Assembly (NCBI GenBank): GCA_902779285.1
Contig: CACZAZ010000005.1
Location: forward strand, 1 to 55,060
Direction: 5' to 3'
DNA: 55,060 nucleotides
Source: an uncultured Ruminococcus sp.
GTDB taxonomy: Bacteria; Bacillota; Clostridia; Oscillospirales; CAG-272
Shown here: positions 8,062 to 16,356 of the stretch, in pieces
Position numbering within the stretch: the first letter of the stretch is position 1
Layout of the letters: the number at the start of each line of letters is the position of its first letter
Translations under genes and position numbers: made by a program
Notes under the pieces: generated by a model
Databases searched by the model: none
Told to the model about the DNA's origin: nothing
The model's input: only the letters and a program-made list of their open reading frames with translations

Positions 8062-8102
8062 TTTTATGAAATTCTTTGCTCCACTTTCTTCTAAGAAAGT
8101 GG
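8062..8102. repeat. Dispersed palindromic repeat (TTCTTTGC.CCACTTTC...GAAAGTGG), copy 1
   Basis: Matches the reverse complement of 45758-45785; hairpin CCACTTTCTT/AAGAAAGTGG. Confidence 0.6.
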
Positions 8103-8126
8103 ACGTATCCTCTCCCCCGCGGGGCG

Positions 8127-10310
8127 TTATTTCTTCTTCGCCGCGGGTTTGCGTTTGGCGGCGGGCTTTTTCTTTTCGTCCTTCGGGGTGGAAAAGGCGA
8201 ACTCGACGTTCCCGTCGCGCAGGACGAGTTCCGACGCGAAGGTGCGCCCGGCGCGCGAGACGAAGCCGTCGATCTTTTTGGTCTTGCCCTGCGTCAGGAG
8301 GTCGCGGGCGGCGGCAAGCGGGATATCGCGGCGGCAGAGGTTGACGGGGATGGTGAACTTGCATCCGTTTTTGAATCCCATACACCCGTAGCGGAACCGT
8401 CCGCGCACGACGTGCTCCCCGCAGAGCGGGCAATCCCCGACGATCTCACCGAGCGTCCCGGTCTGTCCCGAATCTCCCGGCGTCTGTCCCGGGATCTCGT
8501 CCTGCCTCGCGAAGATCTCTCCGATCTCTTTGGCGGCGAGCGACACGCTGTCCGAGACGGTCATCTCCCGACGGTAGACCGCCTTCAGCGCCTTTCCCAT
8601 TTCGGCGGTCTTATACTTGTTCATATCGATCTTCATCCGGTCGAGCGCCTGCACCAGATACTCTCCGTCGGGGAGGATGGTATAGACGTCCTTTTTCAAG
8701 GCGATATACCGGCTGCGTTTGGCGTTCTCGATGATCCCGGTGCGGGTGGCTTCGGTGCCGAGTTCCAGCCCGAGAAAGACCGCGCGGTACTCCTCGGTAT
8801 CGTCCTCCGGCGCGCCCTCCTCCGCCGCCTTTTCCTTTTCCTCGCGGAAGGGGTTTTTCAAGAACTGGTTGAGCGTCTCGATGGTATAGTGCTTCGGCGG
8901 GGTGGTCTCCTTTTCCTCCGGGGCGAAGCGGGTGTTCACCTTGTCCCCGACCGAGAGATTCGGGAGGATCTTGTCGCGGCGGGCGTAGTCGTCGTATTTG
9001 GTCCAGCCGGGCTCGACCAGGACCGTGCCTTTCAAGGTAAAGGTCTCGACGTCCCCGACCTTGACCGTGATCTCGGATCGCTCGACCTTGCACTCCTCCG
9101 AACAGAAGTTCGCGACGAAGCGCCGGAAGACCGTGGCGTAGACCTGATTCTCGCGCTCCGAAAGCTTGCCCTTTTCGGGGATCTTGTAGGTCGGGGTGAT
9201 CGCGGAGTGCGACTCGATCTTGCTGTCGTCGAAGATGGATTTCGACTGACGGAACGAGACGGGGTAGCCGAGTTTTGAGATCCCCGCGAGGATCTGGCGC
9301 ACTTTGTCGCACTCGTTTTTCGAGAGGTACTCCGAGTTGGTACGCGGATAGGTGAGATACCCTTCCTCGTAGAGTTTCTGCACGGTCGCCAAACTGTCGT
9401 TCATCGACATCTTGTACTTCTTGCCGAGCAGGTTCTGGAGCGTGGAGAGCGAGAAGAGTTTGCCCGGAAACATCCGGTCGGTCTTGCTCGATTTGTCGGT
9501 CACGACGGCGGTCTCCGCGTTGAGTTTGTCGCAGTAGGCGCGCGCCTCGTCGGCTTTGTCGGCGTCGTAGCGGTTCTTCGAGATCAACTCGACGACCTCG
9601 CCCCCGGTCTTCGCCGCCGAGCGCACCGAAAAATACTTTTTCGGGGAGAAATTGCGGATCTCCATATCCCGGTCGTACACGGCGCGCACGATGGGTACGA
9701 TCACCCGCCCGACGCGCAGGAACTTGCCGGTCTTCAAGGTCGCGTAGCGGGTCAGGTTGGTGCCGTAGAGCCAGTCGATATAGGTGCGGGCGTAGCCCTC
9801 GTTCGCGAGATCGTCGTACTTGTCGTCGTCTTCGAGCGAGGCGAGCGCGCTTCGGACGGTCTCCGGGGTCTGGTCGGGGAGCCAGAGCCGCTTCATGGGC
9901 TTATCCGAGCGGAGCGCGAAGCGGACGCAGGTGCGGACGATGATCTCGCCCTCGCGGTCGGCGTCGCCCGCGTTGACGATCGCCTCGACGTCGGGGCGGT
10001 TGACGAGCGACGTGATGACGTCGAACTGCTGCCGGATGCCGGGATCGACCTTCCGGTTCTCGCCCCGGCGGAGTTCAAACCGGAACTCGGTCGGGATGCA
10101 GGGCAGGTTGTCGAGTTTCCAGCGGGCTTTTCCCGATTCGGGCATCCCGCCCTGGTAGTCCTCGATATCGACGAGCGAGAACAGATGCCCGAACGCCCAG
10201 GTGACGAGATACCCCGGACATTCGAGGTAACCGTTCCGCCTGACGGAGTTCCCGACGGCGGAGGCGATGTTGCGGGCAAGACTCGGTTTTTCGGCTACGA
10301 TCAGGTACAT
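8127..10310 (-). CDS. topB: Type IA DNA topoisomerase (topoisomerase III-like)
   Basis: IVAEKPSLA, TWAFGHL, NAGDADREGE (Toprim), LYEEGYLTYPRTNS (catalytic Tyr), LGTEATR, C-terminal CPLCG zinc ribbon and KIDGFVSRAGRTF repeat. Confidence 0.9.
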   Translation of the reverse strand: MYLIVAEKPSLARNIASAVGNSVRRNGYLECPGYLVTWAFGHLFSLVDIEDYQGGMPESGKARWKLDNLPCIPTEFRFELRRGENRKVDPGIRQQFDVITSLVNRPDVEAIVNAGDADREGEIIVRTCVRFALRSDKPMKRLWLPDQTPETVRSALASLEDDDKYDDLANEGYARTYIDWLYGTNLTRYATLKTGKFLRVGRVIVPIVRAVYDRDMEIRNFSPKKYFSVRSAAKTGGEVVELISKNRYDADKADEARAYCDKLNAETAVVTDKSSKTDRMFPGKLFSLSTLQNLLGKKYKMSMNDSLATVQKLYEEGYLTYPRTNSEYLSKNECDKVRQILAGISKLGYPVSFRQSKSIFDDSKIESHSAITPTYKIPEKGKLSERENQVYATVFRRFVANFCSEECKVERSEITVKVGDVETFTLKGTVLVEPGWTKYDDYARRDKILPNLSVGDKVNTRFAPEEKETTPPKHYTIETLNQFLKNPFREEKEKAAEEGAPEDDTEEYRAVFLGLELGTEATRTGIIENAKRSRYIALKKDVYTILPDGEYLVQALDRMKIDMNKYKTAEMGKALKAVYRREMTVSDSVSLAAKEIGEIFARQDEIPGQTPGDSGQTGTLGEIVGDCPLCGEHVVRGRFRYGCMGFKNGCKFTIPVNLCRRDIPLAAARDLLTQGKTKKIDGFVSRAGRTFASELVLRDGNVEFAFSTPKDEKKKPAAKRKPAAKKK

Positions 10311-10544
10311 CCCGATCCTCCTTCAAAGGGTGTTTTTCGGCTTCCGGCAACGCCGCCGGAGGGGGTCGGACGCGTCGCCGCCGCGCCTTCTTTTCCGTCC
10401 GCCGCGGCAATTCGTAAACTTTACGAATCCGGTGAAGACGGGACGGGAAAGCGGGGGAGAGCGCCTTTCGGTCGCTTTTATCTGTCAAGCGGGCAAAACG
10501 GAGAAAATGAAGATTTGAAGAAAAAAGTTTCCCACCTGCGGAAA

Positions 10545-10693
10545 TGTGGAAAATGTGGATAACTTCCGGGTGGGCGGGGTCGATTTTCGCCGTCAGAACT
10601 GATTTTGAGCGAAAACGGGGGGAGTTGCACACTCTCTCCACACCCGACCCTGTGGAAAACCGCGGAAACCCCGAAATTTGTCAGGTTTGCACA
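10545..10693. promoter_or_regulatory. DnaA-box cluster
   Basis: TGTGGAAAA 10545-53 abutting a perfect TGTGGATAA 10554-62; CTCTCCACA about 10634-42; TGTGGAAAA 10651-59; GTTTGCACA 10685-93. Confidence 0.65.
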
Positions 10694-10832
10694 ATTCTTC
10701 AAAACGACGCCGTCCGACAGAGCCCGACGGAACGGTCGCCGCGTTTTTCCGTCGGTATCTTTTGCGCGGCGCGATTCGCATATCGTGCGAAAGAGGTCGG
10801 TCGTGAGAGCGTTTCCGGTCGGTTTTCTCCAT

Positions 10833-10903
10833 CAAAAAACCCGGCCCCGGGGGACGTTCCCTCCGTGTGTCACGGAGGGAACGCGCGCCGGGGGCTGGGT
10901 TTG
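10833..10903 (-). terminator. Long stem-loop terminator downstream of hisS
   Basis: AACCCGGCCCC...CGTTCCCTCCGTG-TGT-CACGGAGGGAACG...GGGGCTGGGTT with an A run on the left (T tail on minus). Confidence 0.65.
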
Positions 10904-10916
10904 CCGGTAAACCGCG

Positions 10917-12161
10917 TCAGGGAAGCGTAAAGGTGTCGAGTTCGACCTCGGTCTGGGTGCTGTTCTTCATATCGCGGAGGAACGCGCGGCGGGACTCGAG
11001 TTCGTTGTCGCCCAGGATCAGCGTGTAGTCGGCGCCGATCTTGTTCGCGTACTTCATCTGCGCCTTGAGACTCCGTCCGACGAGGTCGCATTCGACGAAC
11101 GCCCCGGTTTGGCGGAGACGTTCGGTGATGACCGCCGCCGCCTCGCTCGCTTTTTCTCCGAGGGCGGCGATATAGAGCCGGGGGGCGGCGGGCTTCGGTT
11201 CTTCGATCCCCTGCGCCCGGAGCGCGAGGATCACGCGGGTAATGCCCATCGCGAATCCGATCGCGGGCATCGGCGCTCCGCCGAGTTCCTCGACCAGTCC
11301 GTCGTACCGTCCGCCGCCGCAGACCGTGCTCTGCGCGCCGATCCCGTCCGCGATGAATTCAAAGACGGTACGGGTGTAGTAGTCCAGCCCGCGTACGATC
11401 GCGGGGTCGATCACGTACCGGATCCCCATTCCGTCGAGCAGGCGGGTCAGCGCGTCGAAGTGCGCCTTGCAGTCGGGGCAGAGGAAGTCGATCGTTTTGG
11501 GCGCGCCCTTCGCGATCGAATTGCAGATCGGGCTCTTGCAGTCGAGCAGCCGGAGCGGATTCTTTTCAAGCCGGGTCTTGCAGGTGTCGCAGAGTTCCTC
11601 GCGCCGCGCCCCGAAATAGTCGACCAGAGCCGAGCGGTAGCCGCCGCGGCAATTTTTGCATCCGATCGAGTTCAGGTGCAGGGTGAGCCCCTTGAGCCCC
11701 AACCGGCGGAATACCGACGAGGCGAGCGCGATCATGGTGGCGTCCGCCGCGGCGCCCTCCGCCCCGAAAAGTTCGGCGCCGAACTGGAAGAACTCGCGGC
11801 TCCGTCCCGCCTGCGGCGCTTCGTGACGGAAGCAGTTGATGAGATAGAAGTATTTGAGGGGCATCGGGTCGCTCTGACAGCCGTGCTCGAGCAGCGCCCG
11901 GACGACCGACGCCGTCCCCTCGGGGCGCAGACTGATGCGGCGGTTCTCGTCGCGGTCGACGAAGGTATACATCTCCTTCTGCACCACGTCGGTCGTGTCT
12001 CCGACCCCGCGCTCGAACAGTTCCGTGTTCTCGAAGGTCGGGGTGCGGATCTCGCCGAAACCGTAGTTTTTCGCCTCCTCCCGCATGACCGATTCGATCA
12101 TACGGTAGAGCGGAGTTTCGTCGGGCAGGACGTCGATCGTCCCTTTGATTTTCTGGATCAT
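10917..12161 (-). CDS. hisS: Histidine--tRNA ligase
   Basis: MIQKIKGT.D, TP.FE.TELF.RGVG..TDVVQKEMY, LRPEGTA, GR.REF.QFG.E, VRGLDYYTRTVFE, GGGRYDGL; AAGGAG RBS. The longer ORF-track start is an overextension. Confidence 0.97.
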   Translation of the reverse strand: MIQKIKGTIDVLPDETPLYRMIESVMREEAKNYGFGEIRTPTFENTELFERGVGDTTDVVQKEMYTFVDRDENRRISLRPEGTASVVRALLEHGCQSDPMPLKYFYLINCFRHEAPQAGRSREFFQFGAELFGAEGAAADATMIALASSVFRRLGLKGLTLHLNSIGCKNCRGGYRSALVDYFGARREELCDTCKTRLEKNPLRLLDCKSPICNSIAKGAPKTIDFLCPDCKAHFDALTRLLDGMGIRYVIDPAIVRGLDYYTRTVFEFIADGIGAQSTVCGGGRYDGLVEELGGAPMPAIGFAMGITRVILALRAQGIEEPKPAAPRLYIAALGEKASEAAAVITERLRQTGAFVECDLVGRSLKAQMKYANKIGADYTLILGDNELESRRAFLRDMKNSTQTEVELDTFTLP

Positions 12162-12193
12162 GATATCGTCTCCTTGCGGTAATGGGTAAAAGG

Positions 12194-12607
12194 TCAGGGA
12201 AGCGCGGTCTCCCGGTGGGCGAGCCCGTCGAGCAGCCGGTCGAGGACGGATCGCAGCCGTTCGGTTTGCCCCGTCACTTCCAGCATCCCGAGCAACGCTT
12301 CGAGCGCCGTCGCGCGGCGGTAGTCGGCGGGGGAGGCGTGGCGGGGTCGGTTCAGATGCCCCGAGTTCGACGCCCGGTGCGCGACCGCCCTCTCGTCGTC
12401 CGACAGCGTTTCTTCGATCAGAAGGAATCCCTCGGATTGCGCCTCCGCCGTCACGTAGGCGAGCGAAAGCCGGGTCAGTTCTCCGTTCCTTGAAACGCCG
12501 CGGGAAACGAGGCGGGAACGGACGGCGTGGGAAAAGATCGCGTCCCCGAGAAAAGCGAGGGCGAGGACGTCGGGCAAATCCGACTGACGGATCGGGTTGG
12601 TCTCCAT
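12194..12607 (-). CDS. mrnC: Mini-ribonuclease III
   Basis: LALAFLGDAIF, YVTAEAQS, RASN, DYRRATALEALLGML. Confidence 0.88.
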   Translation of the reverse strand: METNPIRQSDLPDVLALAFLGDAIFSHAVRSRLVSRGVSRNGELTRLSLAYVTAEAQSEGFLLIEETLSDDERAVAHRASNSGHLNRPRHASPADYRRATALEALLGMLEVTGQTERLRSVLDRLLDGLAHRETALP

Positions 12608-12708
12608 AGTTTCTCCCTCTTTCGGGTCTTGGTTTATCCAACACAAAAGGGACCGCCCGTCCGGTTTATCCGGTCCCTTTTATGCGCCCTCCCGAGACGG
12701 AGGGGCGT

Positions 12709-15700
12709 TTATTTTCCGAACGCCTGCTTGAACGCGGCGATCATATCGGAAACGCTTCCGTGGTAGCGGAACACGAGCAGAGCCGCAGCGCCGATCAGGG
12801 CGACGGCGAGCGTGATCCCGAGCAGGAAGAACGCCACCTTGAGCCCGCCGAGGCGCCCGCCCTCGTGGAGGTAGTAGTCGGGGTCGTCGTCCGCAAACGC
12901 CGAGCCCGTACGGGGAGCCTCGCCGCGCTTGGCGAGTTCCGCCTCAAGATCCCGGTTCCGCTGTTCGAGGTCGGAGATCCGGCGGCGGCTGACTTCCTCG
13001 CGCCGACGGGCGAGTTCGGTGTAGGTCACGGGGACCTGCTCTTCCTTCTTGCCGAAACGGCGGTCGGCGCGCGCGGCGTACTCGCGGAGACGTTCCGCGG
13101 TCTTCGCGTCGGCGCAGCAGAGCGCGAGCAGGAAATAGCGGTTGTCGGAGAAGGCGGTCTTCGCTCTCGCGAGATCGCGTTCCTCACGGAGACCGAGCGA
13201 GACCAAGAGCAGCCCGATATAGACCGCGCAATCGGCGGGATCCTCGTTGCGGACGCGCTCGAAGCACGCCTCCGCCTTGACCCATTTCTTCTTTTTCAGG
13301 TATTTGTAGCCCTGTTTCAGGGTCTTCTCGTGTTCGGGCTTCGACTGTCCGGCTTTGCGTCCCGGAGCGGCGGCAGCCGCCTTGACCGCGTAGACGTCGA
13401 GTTTCACGCGGCGCTGTTCGGCGTGGTCGCCCGAAGCGCGGTAGAGCGCCTCGCGTTCGCGCAGATTCTCCGCGCGTTCGGCGTCCTCGATCTCCGCCCA
13501 TTCGGCGCCGGTCTTGACGCCCGCCTTCTCGGCGCGTTTATCCGCTTTCGCCGCGTACTTGGCGAGACGGCGGCGGGTCCCGCGTTTCCCGAAGTGGTAG
13601 GCGAGGATGTAGTCGGGGTTGTCGCGGATCGGAGAACTGACCTTTCCGAGTTCGGAGGGCTTCCGGCAGGAGAAGGTGCAGAGCAGGCGGAGCAGGTACG
13701 CGCTTGCAAGATCGGGAGACCGTTCGATCAGTTCGTCGAGTTTCGCGCGCGCCCTCGCGTACTTGTCGCGTTTGACGAGCCGTTCCGCCTCCGCGAGCAC
13801 CTCGTCTTCCTCTTTGACGCGGGCGTGGGTGCCGGCGATCCTCGTCGCCTTCGCCTTGCGTTCCGCCTCCTGCGCGATGGAATCGCGTCTCGCGGCGCGG
13901 CGTTCTTCGATCTTTTTCTTGTCCCGGCGGGAGTTCTTTTCGGTCGCCTTGGACGTCGCGACGCCCAGCCGTTTGTCGACCTTTTCCGCCGCCTTGGAGA
14001 GATATGCGCGTTCGTCGGGCGTCGAGAAACGCACCGCCATAAAGAAGTTCTCGTCGCCCGAGAAGGAGCGGCGGCTCTTCTTCAGATTCTTGACTTTCTT
14101 GATCTTCAGGTCGCAGAGCAGCCGTCCGACGTAGGCGTCGCCGTTGGTCGGATCGAGCGCCAGGATCTCGGCGTAGACCTCGTCGGCGCGCTCGAACTTG
14201 CCGCGCTTATGCAGTTTTCTTGCCCTCTTGAAGAGCGGCTCGAGTTTCGATTCGGTGTCGCGGAGTTCCGACGCGTAGTAGTCGCCGTCGACCACCGCCG
14301 CCTCGGCGTCCCGCATCGCGGCGCGGAGGCGGATGACCTCCTCCTCTTTCGCGTGGAGCCGCGCCAGCAGTTCAGCGCGCTTCTCGGACGAGGCGAGCGT
14401 CTCCTCCTTCGACAGTTCCGCCGCGGCGATCCGAGTTAGGTAAACTTCGCGTTCCGCCGCGTTGAGCCGCGCGGCGATCTCCTGCGGGGTGAGCCGGGAG
14501 ACGTCGTAGACCCCGTAGGCGATCATCTGCTCGATCCCGTCGAGCCGATGGTTCATCTCGGCGCGCAATTCTTCCAGCCCCGCGCCGGTCGTAACGGGAA
14601 CGGCGGGGGACGCCGAGGGAAGGACCACGACCCCGCCGGAACTTGAGACGGGGGTCTGTCCCGCGGACGCGAGATAGCGTTCGAGCCGCCGCCGCATCAC
14701 GCGGGAGCCGTAGTGCATCGCGAGCAGGAAGTTCGGGTCGGTCCCGAAGGGCTCCTTGCAATGCGCGAGTTTCTTTTCCTGTTTCAGTTTCAGCGAGACG
14801 AGCAGCAGCCCGAGATACGCGTCGGCGCACTCGCCGTCGATCGCGAGAGCGGCGTGATACAGGTCATTTGCCTTCGCCCATTTCTTCTTTTCGCGGTAGG
14901 CGTCGGCGCGGTCGAGGATCTTCGAGATGCGCTCGTTGCGCTCCTTCTCGGTCTTCTCGTCGTTGAAGTTTTCGGGCAGGGAAGCGTTGATCTCCGCGAC
15001 GCGGCGGTCGGTGTCCGCCTCCGCCTGACGGAAGCGCTCCATCTCCCGGATCGCCTGGCTCCTCTCAATGACGAGGGCGGAGCGGGTCGACGCGTCGGCG
15101 TAGCCCATCAGACGGCGGTTCAGAGCCCCCGTACTGTAGTTCAGCGCGAGCAGGAAATAGCGGTGATCCGAAAGGTTGCCCTCGTACTCGGCAAGACAGC
15201 GTTCCTCGGGCAGTTTGATCTCCGCGAGCAGTTTGTTGCGGTAGGCGTACGCCGACTCGGGATCGGTCGCAAGGATCTCGTCCGCGTACGCGTCGGCTTT
15301 CTTCCATTTCCGTTTCGACAGCGCGCGGTTGGACTTGTTCAGCAGTTTCTGGTTGCGCTTCCGGTCGATCGAATCGGAGAGCCGCGCCGTCATACGGCGG
15401 TCGGTATCCGCGATCTCGGACTCGGCGCGGCGGCCGGTTTCGGTCTCGGGAACGAGAACGGGGGTAACGGGTGCGGGCGCGGGCTCCTCCGCGGGAGCGG
15501 GCGCGGGTGCGGGAACCGGCGCGGGAACGGGGACGATCACGGGAGCGGGAGCTGCCGCCGTCTCCGCAACGGGCGCGGGAACGGGTGCGGGCGTCTCCGC
15601 GGGTGTGCGGACGGGCTCCGCCGGGGCGGGCGTCTCGTCGGGAAGATCGGTCTTGTGCGCCGCGACCAGCCGTTTGCCCCGCAGGGCTTCCTCGTTGTCG

Positions 15701-16131
15701 GGCTCGACCTTCAGAATATCGTTCAAGGTGGCGTCGGCGCGCATCCATTGCTTGGCGTTGATGGCGCGGAAAGCCGATTTGAGCCGCTGCTCGGTAAGGG
15801 AGGACTGCCCAGGCGTTTTTTCGGACTGCGCCGCCTCTCTCGCCGCGCGGTTCGCCGCCTCCGCGGCGCGATCCGCCTCTTCGCGGCGGGCGTCCTCGCG
15901 TTTTTGATCCGCCATCGAGAGCCGTCCTCTTGCCGCGGGAGCGCCGGGACGGTAATCGTCGGCGGACGGAGCAGATACCGCCGCAGCCGGTTTGGTCTCC
16001 GGCACCGTCAGCGGCGCTTCGCTGCCGAGCCCAAACTTGCTCCCGCAGGAGGGGCATACTCCGCCCGCGAGATCTCCGTCCAGTTTGACGGTCCCGCCGC
16101 ATTTCGGGCAAGTCATCTTCCTGATTTCCAT
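12709..16131 (-). CDS. Large basic protein: N-terminal zinc ribbon, Pro/Ala linkers, six TPR-like helical modules, C-terminal transmembrane helix
   Basis: CPKCGG...CPSCG; recurring W..A......L..DP....AY.G.LL..L.......LA....F.....FLLA module; hydrophobic VAFFLLGITLAVALIGAAALLVF near the C-terminus. Confidence 0.8.
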   Translation of the reverse strand: MEIRKMTCPKCGGTVKLDGDLAGGVCPSCGSKFGLGSEAPLTVPETKPAAAVSAPSADDYRPGAPAARGRLSMADQKREDARREEADRAAEAANRAAREAAQSEKTPGQSSLTEQRLKSAFRAINAKQWMRADATLNDILKVEPDNEEALRGKRLVAAHKTDLPDETPAPAEPVRTPAETPAPVPAPVAETAAAPAPVIVPVPAPVPAPAPAPAEEPAPAPVTPVLVPETETGRRAESEIADTDRRMTARLSDSIDRKRNQKLLNKSNRALSKRKWKKADAYADEILATDPESAYAYRNKLLAEIKLPEERCLAEYEGNLSDHRYFLLALNYSTGALNRRLMGYADASTRSALVIERSQAIREMERFRQAEADTDRRVAEINASLPENFNDEKTEKERNERISKILDRADAYREKKKWAKANDLYHAALAIDGECADAYLGLLLVSLKLKQEKKLAHCKEPFGTDPNFLLAMHYGSRVMRRRLERYLASAGQTPVSSSGGVVVLPSASPAVPVTTGAGLEELRAEMNHRLDGIEQMIAYGVYDVSRLTPQEIAARLNAAEREVYLTRIAAAELSKEETLASSEKRAELLARLHAKEEEVIRLRAAMRDAEAAVVDGDYYASELRDTESKLEPLFKRARKLHKRGKFERADEVYAEILALDPTNGDAYVGRLLCDLKIKKVKNLKKSRRSFSGDENFFMAVRFSTPDERAYLSKAAEKVDKRLGVATSKATEKNSRRDKKKIEERRAARRDSIAQEAERKAKATRIAGTHARVKEEDEVLAEAERLVKRDKYARARAKLDELIERSPDLASAYLLRLLCTFSCRKPSELGKVSSPIRDNPDYILAYHFGKRGTRRRLAKYAAKADKRAEKAGVKTGAEWAEIEDAERAENLREREALYRASGDHAEQRRVKLDVYAVKAAAAAPGRKAGQSKPEHEKTLKQGYKYLKKKKWVKAEACFERVRNEDPADCAVYIGLLLVSLGLREERDLARAKTAFSDNRYFLLALCCADAKTAERLREYAARADRRFGKKEEQVPVTYTELARRREEVSRRRISDLEQRNRDLEAELAKRGEAPRTGSAFADDDPDYYLHEGGRLGGLKVAFFLLGITLAVALIGAAALLVFRYHGSVSDMIAAFKQAFGK

Positions 16132-16292
16132 TTCGGCTCTCCTTGTGGTTCGATTTCGGAAAAGTCTGTTCCAAAGAGATTGCGACAGTTTTACATATAA
16201 TATTATATCATATATTTGCGCAAAGTCAAGGTCGAAATCCGGTTTTTCCCCCTATTTTCGTTTGCCCCGGAACGGGCGCCGCGACAAAAGAA

Positions 16293-16326
16293 GATCGGGG
16301 AATATCACGGTCGATATTCCCCGATA
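16293..16326 (-). terminator. Hairpin after the transglutaminase-like gene
   Basis: ATCGGGGAATATC-acggtc-GATATTCCCCGAT. Confidence 0.6.
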
Positions 16327-16356
16327 AAAGCTGAATTCTGAAGATCCCCCCCGCGG

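Noticed and set aside
10311-10916. Chromosomal origin (oriC)
   Set aside because: No dnaA, dnaN, rpmH or gidA nearby and no evident AT-rich unwinding element; kept only as a DnaA-box cluster
10917-12644. 575-aa N-terminally extended HisRS
   Set aside because: The extension overlaps mini-RNase III in another frame; the RBS and homology start at ATG 12161
16186-16215. AGTTTTACATATAATATTATAT as a dif site near parC/parE
   Set aside because: Spacing is 2 nt short of the Firmicutes dif consensus and the XerC arm is missing; it is better explained as the TTGACT-16-TATAAT promoter region of the TPR-module gene
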